The notes under the pieces are model-generated. The model was not told the DNA's origin, made no database searches, and saw nothing but the letters and a program-made list of their open reading frames with translations. Below, in pieces: positions 1-13,989 of a stretch of DNA of 64,000 bases. Each line of letters starts with the position of its first letter. The first letter of the stretch is position 1. The stretch is from the NCBI RefSeq assembly GCF_048593235.1, contig NC_133621.1:300523146-300587145 (forward strand). Direction: 5' to 3'. Source of the stretch: Sminthopsis crassicaudata (lineage: Eukaryota). The position numbers were made by a program, and so were the translations under genes.

Positions 1-619
1 GTGTGTCCTTGAGAGCAGGGGCTGCTTGGATCCTCAGTTCTCCATTCCCAGCACTATTGAGTATTTGTGCACTTCTATGGTTTTTGAATGAATGACTGTC
101 CAAAACTGAACAAGAATAAGAACCTCCTTCCTCAAATATTCTTCTCCCTATTTCTGTTATTTCACTCGCCCAGGTTTGGAGCCTTACAAAATTACTCTGA
201 TTCTTCCTTCTTTCTCACTCCTTGAATCAAATCCCTGTCCAAATTCTAGCAAAACTTAACACTAGAATCCTCCTTCCTTTCTCTTCTTATTGTCCTCAGG
301 CCTCAATGGCTTTAATGGCTCTTTACATTCCTGTCTATTGGATTGTCAGATCAGCCCTTAAAATACCTTTTCCATTGGAATCAAATATGCCCACAACTGT
401 AAGCTAGTAACATAGTTAATGTCCATGGCTCAATGCTAGCAGACTCAGAAACCTCTGGACCACGAATAGCTTCTTAAAGAAAAAAAAGAAGGCTCTGGGC
501 AAGCACTAAATAGCATCACAAAAAACAAAGCTGTATATTCTGACAGGTAATGGCTAGTTGCCGATGTGGTAGGGCATTTCCAAATCGTTTGTCTGTATAC
601 AAGCAATCAAATTCTTACA

Positions 620-1340
620 GCAAAATCAATATCAATTAAGAAAAAGAACAAAAAAATAAAAAGCTACACTGAAACAACTCCAATCTGGTCAGTATAAACA
701 AGCTATTGATGCCTTCACATGCACACATAACTCAAAAGGGGGAGGAGAATGAATAAAAGACTGTTTAAACAATTTAAAACAATTTCTACAGTGAAGAGAC
801 CAAAACAAATCCCCTCAGCCAGTAAATACTTGATCTTCTTGCCAATTGAAAAGACACAGCAACCAAGAGCAATACTAATTTGGAACGTAAACTCATTTGT
901 AAAATTTTACAGCGCAGGATAGAGAAGATTATGAATGGCAAAAATTAGGAAGAAACAGTAAAAGAAAAAAAAGTTGAAAAAAAATTAAGTCCAAAGGTAT
1001 TCAAAGTATGAACACAGGATAATAAGTAAATAAAAATGGAAAAGATCTGTCATTATTTTCAATAAAAATGCTCTTCTTCCTTAATAACACTTGTATTCAC
1101 CAAATTTGGCTTATAACGTCGCATACTCATTCCAGGAAGAAGTAGAAATAGCCCCAAATAAAACCCAAATAAAGCAAAGATAGGAATAGCAGTTAAACTA
1201 GATCAAGTGTACATAGAACAGGTTCACATTGGAGGCAAAGAAATATAGGAAAGAGATTTAAGATGCTATTACAATTAGTGCAAATACCGCATTATAGAAA
1301 GTAATCTCATTATTCAAAAATTTTCATTGCTTATTTCCAT
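620..1340 (+). mobile_element. Ancient RTE-clade LINE reverse-transcriptase remnant
   Basis: Piecewise translations KATLKQLQSG..AIDA, ICKILQRRIEKIM and VHIGGKEI occur in the order expected for RTE RT (..GVKIGG..I.NLRYADD); heavily decayed. Confidence 0.55.
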
Positions 1341-1769
1341 AGGACTAGAACCAATTACCATCTTTACATATATTATAACTTTGAATACTGCAAGTTCAAA
1401 TAATGCAACCATTCCACAACGATTCATTATTTAAAATAATCAGGACATAGCTGTAAGAAATATTTTAATATATTAATTTAAAATAGATATCAACCATTTC
1501 TGCTAAAGAATACCAATCAACCAGCAAGCATTTATTAAATACATGCTAAATCCTAGGACTACAAAGAAAAAGCAAAAATAGTGACGGGGTAGCCAACATA
1601 TACATAAATTAGTACCCAGAAGCCATAGTGGATGGAAGGTACAGAATATAGTTTTAAAACAAACCTTTTTTAAATTTTTTTAGTTACAAGTATGTATTTA
1701 ATAGAAAAAATTATAATAAGATGACATATTCTCCTTTTGATATATTTCTTGTACATATTTTGGTTAGAG

Positions 1770-1870
1770 AGGGATGGTGGTATAGAGTCTAGAAAGCTGG
1801 TCTTAGAATTTGGAAGACCCAGATTCAAATCTTGCTTCCAACACACACTGGCTCCATGATCCCATGCAGA
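1770..1870 (+). mobile_element. MIR/CORE-SINE fragment
   Basis: tagaaagctggtcttagaatttggaagacccagattcaaatcttgcttcc. Confidence 0.7.
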
Positions 1871-3964
1871 ACATTCAGCAGTTTTCTAAGTTTTCAGCAT
1901 TGGGGGGGAAATGCCTCACAGGAGCTCTCTATTTTGATGATATCACAGGACCATTGGAAATTCAGAAAACTTCATTTGGATGCATAATTCAAGGTTAATT
2001 TTTGCACATATTGTTTCCCTTCTACTAAAATCTAACTCTGTTGTTTTATGGTGACCTCAGAGTGACTCTGGGTTCTGGAGCATCTAGCACGGTACTTGTA
2101 CATATTAGGGATTTAATAAATGCTTATTCATCGATTAACTTACTAAGTCACTACAAACTGGAAAGGCTGTGGACCTCTTGTTCATTCATGGACCAATCTG
2201 TGGAAGTTTAAAGTTTCATCACTGAAAAGTTGGCTCCTGGGGGATAATGGATCTTCTAGCCTTCTGAAATCATCTTATTGCCATAGCTAGTGGTAGAGGA
2301 AGTAAAATGGTTATGTGTCTTAAAGCATTCTATAAACAAGAATGTTGTGACTACTATAATGCCAAACATTGTGAATGAAATCACCCATCTCATGAAATGC
2401 TGGATTTTATTATCTATAAGCATAATGATAAGAAAAAATCATTTAGAATTAGCTTATGAGACACGACACTTGGATATGTTATCTATTTTGATCAAAGTAA
2501 ATCCAAGATAATGATTTAGTTTTCCCAAAGAAATAACTATATGTTACATGTAAAAGGTTTTTTTTTTCTTTTTTCAATCTCTAGTAAGTTCATTTTTTCC
2601 TTTTTCTCTAAGTGGATTATAGAGGAGCTATAATTATAAGCAGCATTATACATTAATATGAATTATAAATATAATTAACACTAATTCAATTAATGCACCA
2701 TTAATATGATCAATATAAATTATAAACATAATTACAAGTGGAGGGAAATAATAAGGGTAAAATCTTCTTTGCTAGAATCACATCTTTTACAACATTAAGT
2801 ACTCTAATCAGTAACAAGCAACTTTGCCCAGCAACAGATATTGCTGAAAACTAAGTAGGTTGTTCCCATACCAATACTCTCCTTTCTTCCAGCTAGAATT
2901 TAAGCCCAATCTGATAGATGCCAGAACATCTAGGCATATGGCCAATCACTGCACTCTGGGAAAGCAGTGAGATGATTAGGTGCCTAATGACCAAAGTGTT
3001 TATGACAATCGGGGCCATTCCTGGAACTTAAAAGTGATGATGGAGTCATTTGAGCCACCCCATGAATGAATGTTCTCTGTGGAATTGGCCAGTGGTTGAA
3101 ACAGGCTGGAGAAGTAGAGAGCTCATTTTCACCATAGGGCTAAGTTTTAGGCCAGGGCAGGATCCTGGACCAAATCCAGTCCTCTTTACCCCGTCTTTGG
3201 TGGATCAGAATGCCAGGCGCCCCCCATCTTCTGGGGACTCTGTGAGGCTCAGACGCCCAGAGAAGGCAGCAGCAGCTCCGAGGTTCCAGCCTGCTGCTGG
3301 GCCAGAAGCCAAGAGGCTTCTCCTTGGCTTACAGAGGGCACTGCCGTCTCTAGCTGCGGCACCATGAAAAGTGCCTGAATGCCTGAGCTTTCTGTTGCGG
3401 GTGTTGCATAATATCAAGTAAAAAGCCGGGTTCCTGAAAAGCCAGGATTCCTCCGATCCCCAAATCTGTCTCTCTTCCCAGCTTGTGTCTCTGTGAATGG
3501 CATCACCATCTGTCCAGGATCCCAAGCTGAACTTAGAGTCAGTCTTGAACTCCTCTCTCCCTGTCCAGTTAGTGCCAGCTTCTGTCATTTTTACTTACAA
3601 AATCTCTCCCCCTGTGGGTGGCTCCTCTCCCCACTCCTTGAGCAATCTCTAACCAGGCCCTTCCTTCTTCTCTCCCATACAGCTGTTAGCATCTCCAGAT
3701 CTTTCTGCCTCCCTTGGCTAAGCCCCATCCTACCGCTGTTGCCTACATCGCCTTGCACTGTGATCACTTCAGTTTCATTCAACTATATTTAATAAACGTT
3801 CATTAAGTGACTATGTGATAGAAGGCACTGGGCTGGTCATCCAAGATAGAAATCTGTATGGGAAATAGGCCGGGAGATGACTTTCTTCTACAGGAAAGGT
3901 ACAAATACACAGAGAAGTAAGTACAAACGTTAGATAAAGTAATTTCAGGAGATGATAATTTAGA

Positions 3965-4100
3965 TGTAGAAGCAACCTTAAAAGGCTGGTGAGTCCAGTT
4001 CTCTCATTTTAAGATGAGAAAACTGAGTCACAGAGAGATTAAGTGATTTGCCCAGATTCACACAGCTGGAAAGTGACTAAGTAGAATTTGTACTCAGATC
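3965..4100 (-). mobile_element. MIR fragment
   Basis: ctcattttaagatgagaaaactgagtcacagagagattaagtgatttgcccagattcacacagct. Confidence 0.8.
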
Positions 4101-4105
4101 TTCAA

Positions 4106-4337
4106 TCAGGGGTATGCTGGTAAATGTTTAACAACTAGATCTATTTAAAAGAATTCAGACCATACCTTTGTGTTTTCTGCTTTATTAACATTTTGCCCAT
4201 CACTTTTTCAGATCACTATCAACAAACAATAACTTATGCCCCCATTTAGAGCATTTACTGACTACTGAGGTATAAATGCTCATACTGAAAATTAAACAGT
4301 CAGTCACCACCATAGAGCTGGTTCTGGCACAGCCCCG
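4106..4337. mobile_element. MER63-like hAT-Blackjack MITE
   Basis: Begins caggggtatgctggtaaatgtttaacaac and ends gagctggttctggcacagccccg (imperfect TIRs), resembling recalled MER63 termini. Confidence 0.55.
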
Positions 4338-7305
4338 GCAGTGCCCATCGTGCTTCCTCCCTTCACTCCCCACCTGGGCAGCTTCTCCTATAGTGCCAGC
4401 TAAGTCTGGAAGGAAGCTGGGGATTCAACCAGGGAAAAGGTGAGGGGGGAGCACATTCCAGGTTGTATGAAAGCTGGAGATGAAACTGGGACTCTTTCCC
4501 TTTATTTTCTTTTTATCTTTTCTAGCTCCAAGTCCATTTCCCAGCAACCTCCAAATGAATTTTTATTTTTATTCTGAACTTATTCTGGATTTATCCTAAA
4601 TAGAATGGGTATTGGGATTACGCGAAACTGCATACCTCTCTTATGGACAGCTTGCTATTCTTGTAAAATCTGTGTATCTTGTAAAGTCTTCGTGAAGTTT
4701 TTGAGACTGTCCAGCTTCTCTGACCATTTTTCTGGCCTTTCTCCTGTCCCCCCAGCCATTTCCAAGCCCATGGCATGCACGTAGCTATCTTATACAAGGA
4801 TGGTTTTTAATTTGTTAGAATGTAAACTTCTTAAGAGCAAGGAGTTTTTGCTTTTTATTTATCATACCTAGTGTTCAGTCTAATGGCACACAGTAAATCC
4901 AGAATAAATGCTTTTCTAGGCATTCTTTCATTCATGTGTGGAGAAGAGCAAATAGACCAGTCCTCCATTTAAAACCTTCGGTGATTCCCCACTACCTACC
5001 AAAAAAAAGTTTAAAATTTGAATTCCAGCATGGAAGGCCATCTCCAATATAGTCCAGGATACCTGGTTCAGCAAAACCGGACCCTTCTCCAATTTCCATT
5101 CTCCCACTGCATTCTCCTTCCTTAATGGTTTTGCCCATACAGTTTCCCATATTTAGAACAAGTTCTCCCTCCCTCTTTATCTGTTGGAATCTCTCCCCTT
5201 TCCTTAGGCTTAGTTTAAGACATCTCTCCCAGGAAGCCTTCCCTATCCCATCCCTACACCTGATGAATGTGGGCTCTCCCTCCCCACATTTCTTCCAGTG
5301 CTCTGATCTCCTTTGCCCACATCACAAACACATTATTGTATTTGTGTAGAGATCATAATTCATCCCTCCCCTCCCCATCACCATGGGACTACAAATTCCT
5401 CTTGGGCAGGATCTCTTCCTTTTTTCACTTTTTCCTCTCCCGGAATACTGCCTAATATCAAAGAGATGCTTAATAACCATTTTCTGAATTGCATGATTAA
5501 TTGCTGTTCAAGACCATCATCAGTAGTACAGGACTATCGTGAAAGGGTATGGTATCTGTCTGTATGTGTGGCCCTGTTCTAAACTAAGTGAAATAAATAC
5601 CTACATTGAAACAGGGCAGCTTTTTATTTAATCTATATTTGCTCCAAACATTTAAGCCTGGTGGTGAGCCAGAACAGAGCTGTTAAAGAGAGGCCTAGAG
5701 TTCCCATGACCCTCGGCATCCCTCCTCTTGGGGCCCATGTTCCATGTTGATCCGGCAGCTGCAAAACTGAGGCACTTTCACAGCCTAACTGTGAGAACTG
5801 TGACTGGTTTTGTAAAAAGAAAAAAAAAAGACTGCAAAATCATTAAATAGGAGGAAAGTGGATGTTTTTATGGGCTGAAGCAACTTTCCCAAAACCAGGT
5901 CAAATGCTGCCCTGTCTGTTTTGTCCAGTTTTCTGTGTCTACAATCTGTTGTGTGGAGCATGACAATCTGCAGAGGAACTAGTCGGGGGCTATGATTAGC
6001 ATTTTGTTAGCAATCTACAGCTTTAGTGAAACAGACTCTGCCTCAAGAAACATCTAGGGCTCTAATCAGCAGCAAGGGAATAAATGGAACTGCTGGAATC
6101 TTCCCCGAACTTCTGCTATTGGATGGGGCAGGGTGGGGGATGACCCATATTTAAGATTTTGTAGGCTGTGGTGTTTTTCCCCCTTCTGATAATGGGGATG
6201 CGCAAATCTCTGCAATGCACTGCACACAAACAACCACCAACCAGGATGAGCAGTTTGGAGAAAGTAGTAAGATTTCTTTTTTAAAAATTAAAGAAATGGG
6301 AGAACTGTATTCCAGTCATTTAAAGAACACTTTGCTTGTATTGTTTACTTCCTCTCATGAGTAAGTATCATAGACTTTCAAATAAAATCTTTGTGCTCTC
6401 CTTTCCCCATTCCACCTCAGCCTTATTTTCTGGGGGTTTCAGCTGCGGTTTAACATCAAAGATCTAGCAGACTATTTGGAGTCATTTTTTGCTTATAATA
6501 GAGATCTGAGTTGTTCTTATATTTTATCTATTACTTAGAAAGCAAGCCTGGTTCCTAGAGCAGTGTGTACTTAATAAGCAGGATGTCAATATGCTCTTTT
6601 TCCCTTTAAAAAGTTTTAGTCAAATATACTTATTTCAGAGAGTCATTGTCATTTAGATGTTTGTTAGCATCCCTATGCTGCTGAAGGGCTCATTTATGGT
6701 CCAGCTTATTATTTGGGAGGAGGGATGAAAGATGGTTAAGGCTCCAGTGAATAGACATTGATTTGGAAGGTTTTGTCATTTGATTCCAGCCCTCTAGAAT
6801 ATTGTTAACAATGTCCAAATATAGAACTTTCACATAAAATGTTGTTAAGGAAATCAAATGATCAGGGACATGCAAGGTGCTGAGAATTCCCTCTTCAGGC
6901 CCTTCTTCCACATCCTCCCCACTAGCTCCTCTTTTTCTCCATGAAAATCTTCCCATTTCTATGACTTCCTCAGCTCTTTAACAGTAGATCCGCTTCTTTC
7001 CACTTCATTTTGAGATCACATGTGGCAGGGACCCTTTTAATTGACCACTAAGGTGTAATTCTGTAGCCTTGAAGCATTCTAGCCTTTTTGACAAATGTCC
7101 TTGATCCCTTGGCCTCTGGGGCCAATACCAAATCTCTGCGAGATAGGCTAGCAGCAATGAAGTTCTGACATCTAGAAACCACACAAAAGGGATGGATCAG
7201 GACACTTCCCTGATCCATGTGCTTGGGGTGGGAGGAGGTAGGTAGACCTTAGAGACTTGTGATTGTAGCCCCTAGGGAGCTTAAGCCCATTGGTACCTCC
7301 TAAAG

Positions 7306-7478
7306 CAAAGCTTCTTAACCCCATTTAGAGTCATGTTACTGAATGTGGGGGTTGCCAAATTATGATTTATTATCAGTAAATCAGCAATCAGTAAATGATT
7401 TGTATAGCTATTTTATATACCCAGGATTGCAGAAAAATTTATCAGGCAAAAAGGGGTCTCAAAGTTTAAGAAGCTCTG
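7306..7478. mobile_element. hAT-Charlie-type MITE
   Basis: TIRs caaagcttcttaac / gtttaagaagctctg; flanking 8-mers tcctaaag / gcctagga resemble a decayed NTCTAGAN-type TSD. Confidence 0.75.
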
Positions 7479-10400
7479 GCCTAGGAGACGAGGAAGAGGA
7501 GTCGTGATAGATCTGACCTTTGCCTTTTACCGTGACCCTAAGATATTTGAACAATGCGGCTCCTATAGAAAGAAAGGGAGTCTCCCTCATGTCCTGCGGC
7601 CCTGGCCAAGGCTATTTTCTTCCGGACAGAGGCTAATGTCCTTAGTTTTACACCATAAAGCTGGATCCCTGTGTGGCTTCTGGCTTCTGAGATGGATTCT
7701 CACCACACTATAAAGGAGGGAGGCCTGGCGGACTGTCTAGGAGTGTTTTCCTCCAGGGTAATCCAAACCACAGAAAACCCAAGGCTGGATGACTATATGG
7801 GTTTGTGAGGTAGAAGAGGGACTCATTGGAAAATGGGGGGGTTGCTTCCTCAATGACCTCATTTGTTGACTTTCTGAAGGGAGATTAAATAAACCACAAG
7901 TCTATATGGAGGATTTTAGGACCCTGGGGGAAGAGGCTACTTACTCACCAGAGGGAAAAATTGTATTCATTGTTTATGGACTGGTGTGAGTCCCTTCTCA
8001 GTTTCTGCCGAGTGGAATAAAAGCTGTCCTGTACTCCACAAATGCATTGTTACTTTGAGTGCTTCAGGGGAGCCAGGAAGCCTTTTAGCCAGATCCGTGG
8101 ATCAGACTGATAACTAGAAGGGACCATGATGTTCTGAGACTTCTCAGACAGCTCAGGATGGAGGCATTCTGGTCCAACAGAGTGATTTGTTTTTAGAGGG
8201 GGAGCTGTCCCTCCCCCTGACTGTACTTTGTCATGAAAAACCGAGTATGAGGGGGAGTTGTTGAGTCTCAGGGCCCACCCAGAGAAATCCAAAGCAAAAG
8301 TGATTTTCCCCCCTACTGCTCCCATTCCAACAGAAAGATGCTGGCTTCAGACATCTTGAATAAAATGAAGGAAGAAGCTAGAAAATGGCCTTCCATGAAT
8401 GCCCTCTCTCCATGTGATGGAAGCCTTTCTGGCTGTGGACACTTGAGGGAATTCACCTTAGTTTGCTTTGCTTTGCTTTGCCCATACAGCCAAGCTGTGG
8501 CTATCCCCCTGTAAAAGAGGCAGGAGCTCTGCTAATGAACTCTACCCATAACCTTGCAGCATCTGCAAGCTCTCAGCTCCTGGGGAATCTCTTAAAAACC
8601 CACGAATAAACTCCCTCTGAAGCCTGATATTCAAAGCGTCTGCAGGACATCACTATGCAGCTCAGGTTTTTCCAAGAGTACATAATGAACTCTTATGTAA
8701 TAGAAACTAAAAAAGAAAAATATAATTAAACAAGTACATTATGAAAAATAATTACATCTAATTCAGTCATTTCCACTTTTTAATAGTGTTTGGTTTGGGG
8801 TTTTGTTTTTATAAGTAAGCACCCCACAGCTTAAATCCCTGTTTGTCTCTTAACTCCCACTTGAAATTAGGTACAGAGACACATATTTAAAGGTCTCTGA
8901 TACAGTCAACTTGGACCCGGGCACAGGAGGATGCAGTCAGGGTTAGGAAGCACATTATTATGCTCTGGATTAAACTTGAATCTCCTTGTTTGAAAAATTA
9001 GTGTGATTATGTGATGTGGTTTTAAGGCAAAAAAAACCCCACCACATTACTAAGATGGAAAGGGTGTGGACTGGCCACTTGACCTGAAATTTATAAATAA
9101 TACACAAGTCACTGTATCTCTAAATTTCTTTGGCGTAGCTTAGTAATAAAACAACTTCGTGCTTGAGAAACAAATACAAATTGGTGGCATCTTAAAAACA
9201 TAGCTACATCTGAAAATGCTTGTTGAATTGAACTGTCTTTTATTCTTCCATTGATTTTTACTGCAGTTGTTTGGGGCTCTGGCCAATTATATTCACAAAT
9301 GTAGAAAAATAAAGACACTTGAAAAAATTTCCACAATAGGTTGTCATATTTATTGCTTCGGTTTTGTAGACAAAGTAATATTTTCGAAGAAAAAAGGGGA
9401 GTTAAGTGGACTCCCCCACCCTTACCTCCTCACAAGCAGGTCTGGAGCCAGGTGGTCTAACACCTTCTAAGGGCAGCTCACCAAAGGTCACAGAGCTTCT
9501 TTTTGTGAATCAGCTCTGCAGTGATAGAAAATCTGGTATGCAGATAGCATTTCATGTTTCTCCGACCACTCTAAGATTTAAAGTATGCTCTTTAATGTTC
9601 TGTCAAATGATGTGGAGAATCTCTAAAAGCATCTGCTCTCAAAAATGGGAGTTAGCAGCACTAATGCTTTCGGCCAGCTGCACAACATGTGGAATGGGGT
9701 CCAATTATTGGGAGACTATCACGTGCGCCTACCGGCTGCCAAAAGACAACGACATAAAGCAAACGTTAAGCTAATGTGGTGGAGATCAAGAGGGATGATG
9801 CATAGGAAGGCATTTTGAAATTTTAAAGATGGGAAGTACAATGTAAAGTGCAAATGTAAAGCATTATTATGTAATTTTCCATTTACTAAAACATTTTCCA
9901 CTATTTCCTTCTTCCTCAACTTTTAGGAGAAAATGTATGCTTTAAGCCTTTCCCATATTATTTCCAAATTAATGTGATTATTTGATGATCATCAAGAAGT
10001 AGTATGAATCATTCTGAGGACTGGGCAGGAATAGTTTAAGAAATGCCCCCATTGACCGTGAAAGCAGTTTAAAGAAGATTCCCTTCTTTAAACTTGCCAG
10101 GATGTCCCCTGCACATAAACACTAGCTCCCTATTTTAGCAGCAAAAGATCTGCTGTCAAGGAGGCCCTAGTGGAGAAAAGAGATTATGGAATATGTCAAG
10201 CATGAAAAAAACAAATCCACTTTGTTTCTACCTAGAAAATTGAAACTTAAACTGCTAAGTAACCAGAGCTACAAGGACCAAAATGAAGGCAGTTGCCCTG
10301 TTCTCCAAGTGCTTTTGATTTCCTGGAAATCTGTATCCAAAAAGAAGGGATTTGTTTTCTTGAGAATCAACCCCTTATAAAAGACTTTTTTTCCAACTAG

Positions 10401-11619
10401 AATTGTCCAGTGGTAGATCTGACCATTGCTGGAACTCTTCAGACAGAACCTGGATGACCCCCATCAGGCACACCACAGAAAGAAGACTGGTCTAAATCTA
10501 GATTCTGCATGACCTCTAACACAGTATGAGTACATTGATTTTGTCCAGCAGAGGTCATTGTCAACAGCTCAAAGCAACAGAAGTGCCCCCTCAAGGATGA
10601 CTATTTGCAAAATCATAAAGTAACATATTGCAACTAATACCAAGGAGTTTCATATAAATAAACGATGGATGCAGAAAACAAAGGAAAGCAATATGGAATT
10701 GTTCATAATATCTTTGTTTCCAACCAATCAAACTATAAAAGAGATGTAAGAGCTATGAACCACAATCTCCTAAAATGAAAAATGGACAGAAGTTGGTCTA
10801 AATTAGATAGCAACATTTATCCCAAGTCCTATTTTCATATTGTGCACATCGTCTTTAGAACTTGAAAATATCATAAAGCTGGTGATTACCATGTATGGAG
10901 TTGGGTGTGGCTAAAATACCAGTGATGCAAGGTTTTTGGATTTGTGATTGCAAATACCTCATAGAGTCCATCACTACCCATGGCCTGGCTTCTTCAGTCC
11001 AAGGATAACACAAGGTCCTTTAAGGCATCATGCTGGCCTTTGTGCTACAGTAGCAGATATCCTATACTTGTGGTTTATTATTTGAAATCAAGCTTCAAAG
11101 CCCATGTAAAGCTTCCCTATCAACATGCCCTGAGAACCCTCCCAGGGACTCTGCTAAGCCTCTATCCTGATGTCCTGGACATCATCCAAGGACACAAAAT
11201 GTGAGCAACTCCAGAGGGGCCAGGATAATAGCAGAAAGCTCCCCTCCATTGAAGAGGGCTCCCCAGGCCGGCCTTCTCATCATTTCCCACCAGGAGGCAA
11301 GACTCAATTTCTTCTCCCACCCTCCCTCTCCCCACTCCTTGTGGCTCCCTTTTACATCTTGTCTTCTGGCATTAGACTGTGAGCTCCATGAGGGGAGAAA
11401 CCATCATTTACCTTTCTTTGTATCCTCTTATTTAGCACAGGCGGCACATTGTAGATTTTAAATAAAAGTTTGCTGGCTGACTGCCTGAATAAGTAAACAC
11501 AAGATGACTTAAGGAAAGAAAGACTCCAAATCTCTTCTTGCTGTGACCCTTAGAAGGTACTATCTCAAATGATGCCCCTGGGGTAAACAAAATGGTATAT
11601 AATAGCACAGCTGGGCAGT

Positions 11620-11960
11620 TGCATGAGATGAATGCCTGGCCTGGAAAATGTTGTTTAATGGGTCAGTGCAAAGTTTTCTCTTAAGGGGGGGGTATCCACT
11701 AGCATTCCGTCCTCTGCTCTGGTCTATTTTTATCAATTCTTATGACTTAAATGAAAACATAAATGATTTGGTTGCAGATGATATCAAGTTAGCATAGCTC
11801 ATTTATTAGGTGACAGAATTAAAATCCAAAAAGATCTCTACAAGCTGGGCCAAAGCTGATGAGAGAAAATTTGAAACATATGGATGTACAGTTCTCTAAT
11901 GAGTTTCAAAAAATAAATGGCATGGGAAGTATAGCAAGAGGGAGACATGGGTAGGCTATG
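11620..11960 (+). mobile_element. CR1/L3 LINE RT remnant
   Basis: gttgcagatgatatcaagttag (ADD.KL) and aatccaaaaagatctctacaagctg (IQKDL..L). Confidence 0.7.
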
Positions 11961-11964
11961 GATA

Positions 11965-12480
11965 TTCTGCAGAAATCTCAGCCCTGAATATCCAGCTCAA
12001 ACTCACCACCATCCAAAACTGAGCTCATTGCCTTTCCTCCCAAACTCAATCCTCTTCGCAGCTTGCCTGTTTGAGTTGAGGATTCCACCATTCCTCCAGT
12101 CACCCCAAAAAGTACAGAATTGGGGGAGGGGATAGTGGCCAAGGCCAGAGCTGCTAGGATCTAAAATGATTTTCCTAAAGCACAGCTCTGACCATGTCAC
12201 TTCTCTTCGTAATAAATTCCTTTGGCTTTTTTATATTTCTGTCAGTTTTTTAAAGCTCTTCAGAACTTGGCCCCAGCCTTTTTTTCCCGCCTTATCCAAC
12301 ACTTGTCCTTCATTCCCCTTCTGCTAATTGTCCTTCAAGAGATGGATTTTCATCTACTGACTGCCCCTCTTCTAGGAATTCCCTCATCAGCTTCATTCTC
12401 TTGGGATCCTCACTTTCTTCAAAGTTCAGTTCAAATGTGTCCTTAAGGAATTCTTTCCTGATCCTCCTCTTACCATCAAA
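11965..12480 (+). mobile_element. L2 LINE fragment
   Basis: catccaaaactgagctcattgcctttcctccc, gattttcctaaagcacagctctgaccatgtcact and aagttcagttcaaatg are typical L2 3' region. Confidence 0.75.
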
Positions 12481-13989
12481 TCACCTGCTATCTACTGTGG
12501 ACCCATTTTTTATGTTCGTAACTATGTCCCTTTAGCCTGGAGAACAGATGGCTCAGGAAGAACATGTTGACTTCCTGCTCCATTCTTTTCCTTATGCCAT
12601 CAGCTCACCCCAGCACCAGCAGTGCCAGCTTCCTAAAACACAGTCTCAGGGGTCCAACCGGGGCTTGTGAAGGCAGGACTCAAGACTAGAAAGGCTACAG
12701 GCCTGGGCAGAAAAAGGCATCTCCCCACAAGCCAGACAACAGAGGGAGAATCTTTGGCCAAGACAACCCAGGAAAAAAAACATTTCCAACCAGGAAACAG
12801 TCTTGAGCCCCACGCAGAGCCCGAGTGGCCTAGCATGGCAGAAGAGGCAAATGGCCCTAAAAAGGACACTGCTGTTAATACATTCATTTAACTGCTGCTC
12901 TTCTGAATGTCAACTCTACATGCCTGGAAGAAGTGGCTCATATCGCTATTGACTTTCTCACTCTAAATGCGGCCAGAAGATACAAGGACAGTGCAGCTAA
13001 ATGGAAAGATAGCTCACAGACCCTCCTTGGGGAGAGGACTACAGAGCGGGCCGAGCTGGCTTTATCATGTGGCAAAGGCAACAAAGAGCATCGCTTCCCG
13101 GGGCGAGTGCTCATCTGGGCTAGCCGTGTTCGTGACAAGCAAACAGAGCCCACCAATGAAGAGTAAAAAGGCAGCTAATGCTTCAGCATCTGTGGCAGAA
13201 GGCAATAAAGGAGAGGAATTCTGTGAAAACCTCAACCTCGCGTGTTTTAATAAGATCTACTTAACTGCCCAGCGTCTTCAGTGAGAAGATGGGCTTGGAG
13301 GGAAGGTGGTGAAAATGGTCACCCTCAAATTCCCCCTCTCTCTCGCCCCCAGACCCAATCAGTTTCCGAGTGGTCTTGTCCAGCCTCCCTGTCTGTATCC
13401 CTTCTCTCCATTCGCAGGCCACTGGGCCGGTCAGGTGCTCTGGCCGGCCTGCCTGCCTCAGCAGCTTCCTCCCTAGGCACCATGTCTCCACTCTCTACTG
13501 TTACAAATGGCTATTCCCAAAGCACAGGTCCCATCATGTCACTTTCCTGCTCAAGAAGTGCCAGTAACCCCTAACTGCCCTCAATGAAATGCAAACTTCT
13601 GTTAGGCATTTCACAACATGCCTACCACCTTTCTAGACTCCCTAGCCCTAACCCTCACCTTCTAGCTGCAAATTCTAAACAGGAGGCCTAACGACAGTTT
13701 CTTAGACATGCCATCCATGCCTTTGCAATGGCTGCCCTCCTCCCACAGCCGCAACGTGGCCCTTCCTCACTTCTTGGCATTCCCAGCACTCCTCAAGTCT
13801 TTTCTAGTGCCCCACAACATCCACTCCAGAGTCTTCTCTCAGTAGCCTATTCAATCACCTCCCAGCTTCGGGCTTCCGGGCCCCTGCAGGGCCTTCTCTG
13901 GCTCTAAGTCCATATGTTTGCCATTTCCTCTCTCCTGAACAGGCTCCTCAGCTCCCCAACACTCTGTCTCTCTTTCCCTCTTTTTAAAA

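Noticed and set aside
3050-3792. Cluster of overlapping 60-127 aa ORFs on both strands
   Set aside because: No recognisable homology or splice-consistent frame; expected by chance in a locally GC-richer stretch.
6690-6956. ORF containing DIVNNIL, superficially like the human ENTHD1 C-terminus (NVINNIL)
   Set aside because: Similarity is limited to five residues, the rest of the last-exon sequence is not recognisable, and the intervening exon 6 was not found.
7505-8040. Possible LTR (TATAAA at ~7710, AATAAA at ~8016, ends in CA)
   Set aside because: No matching TSD or convincing TG start found, so it is not supported as a feature.
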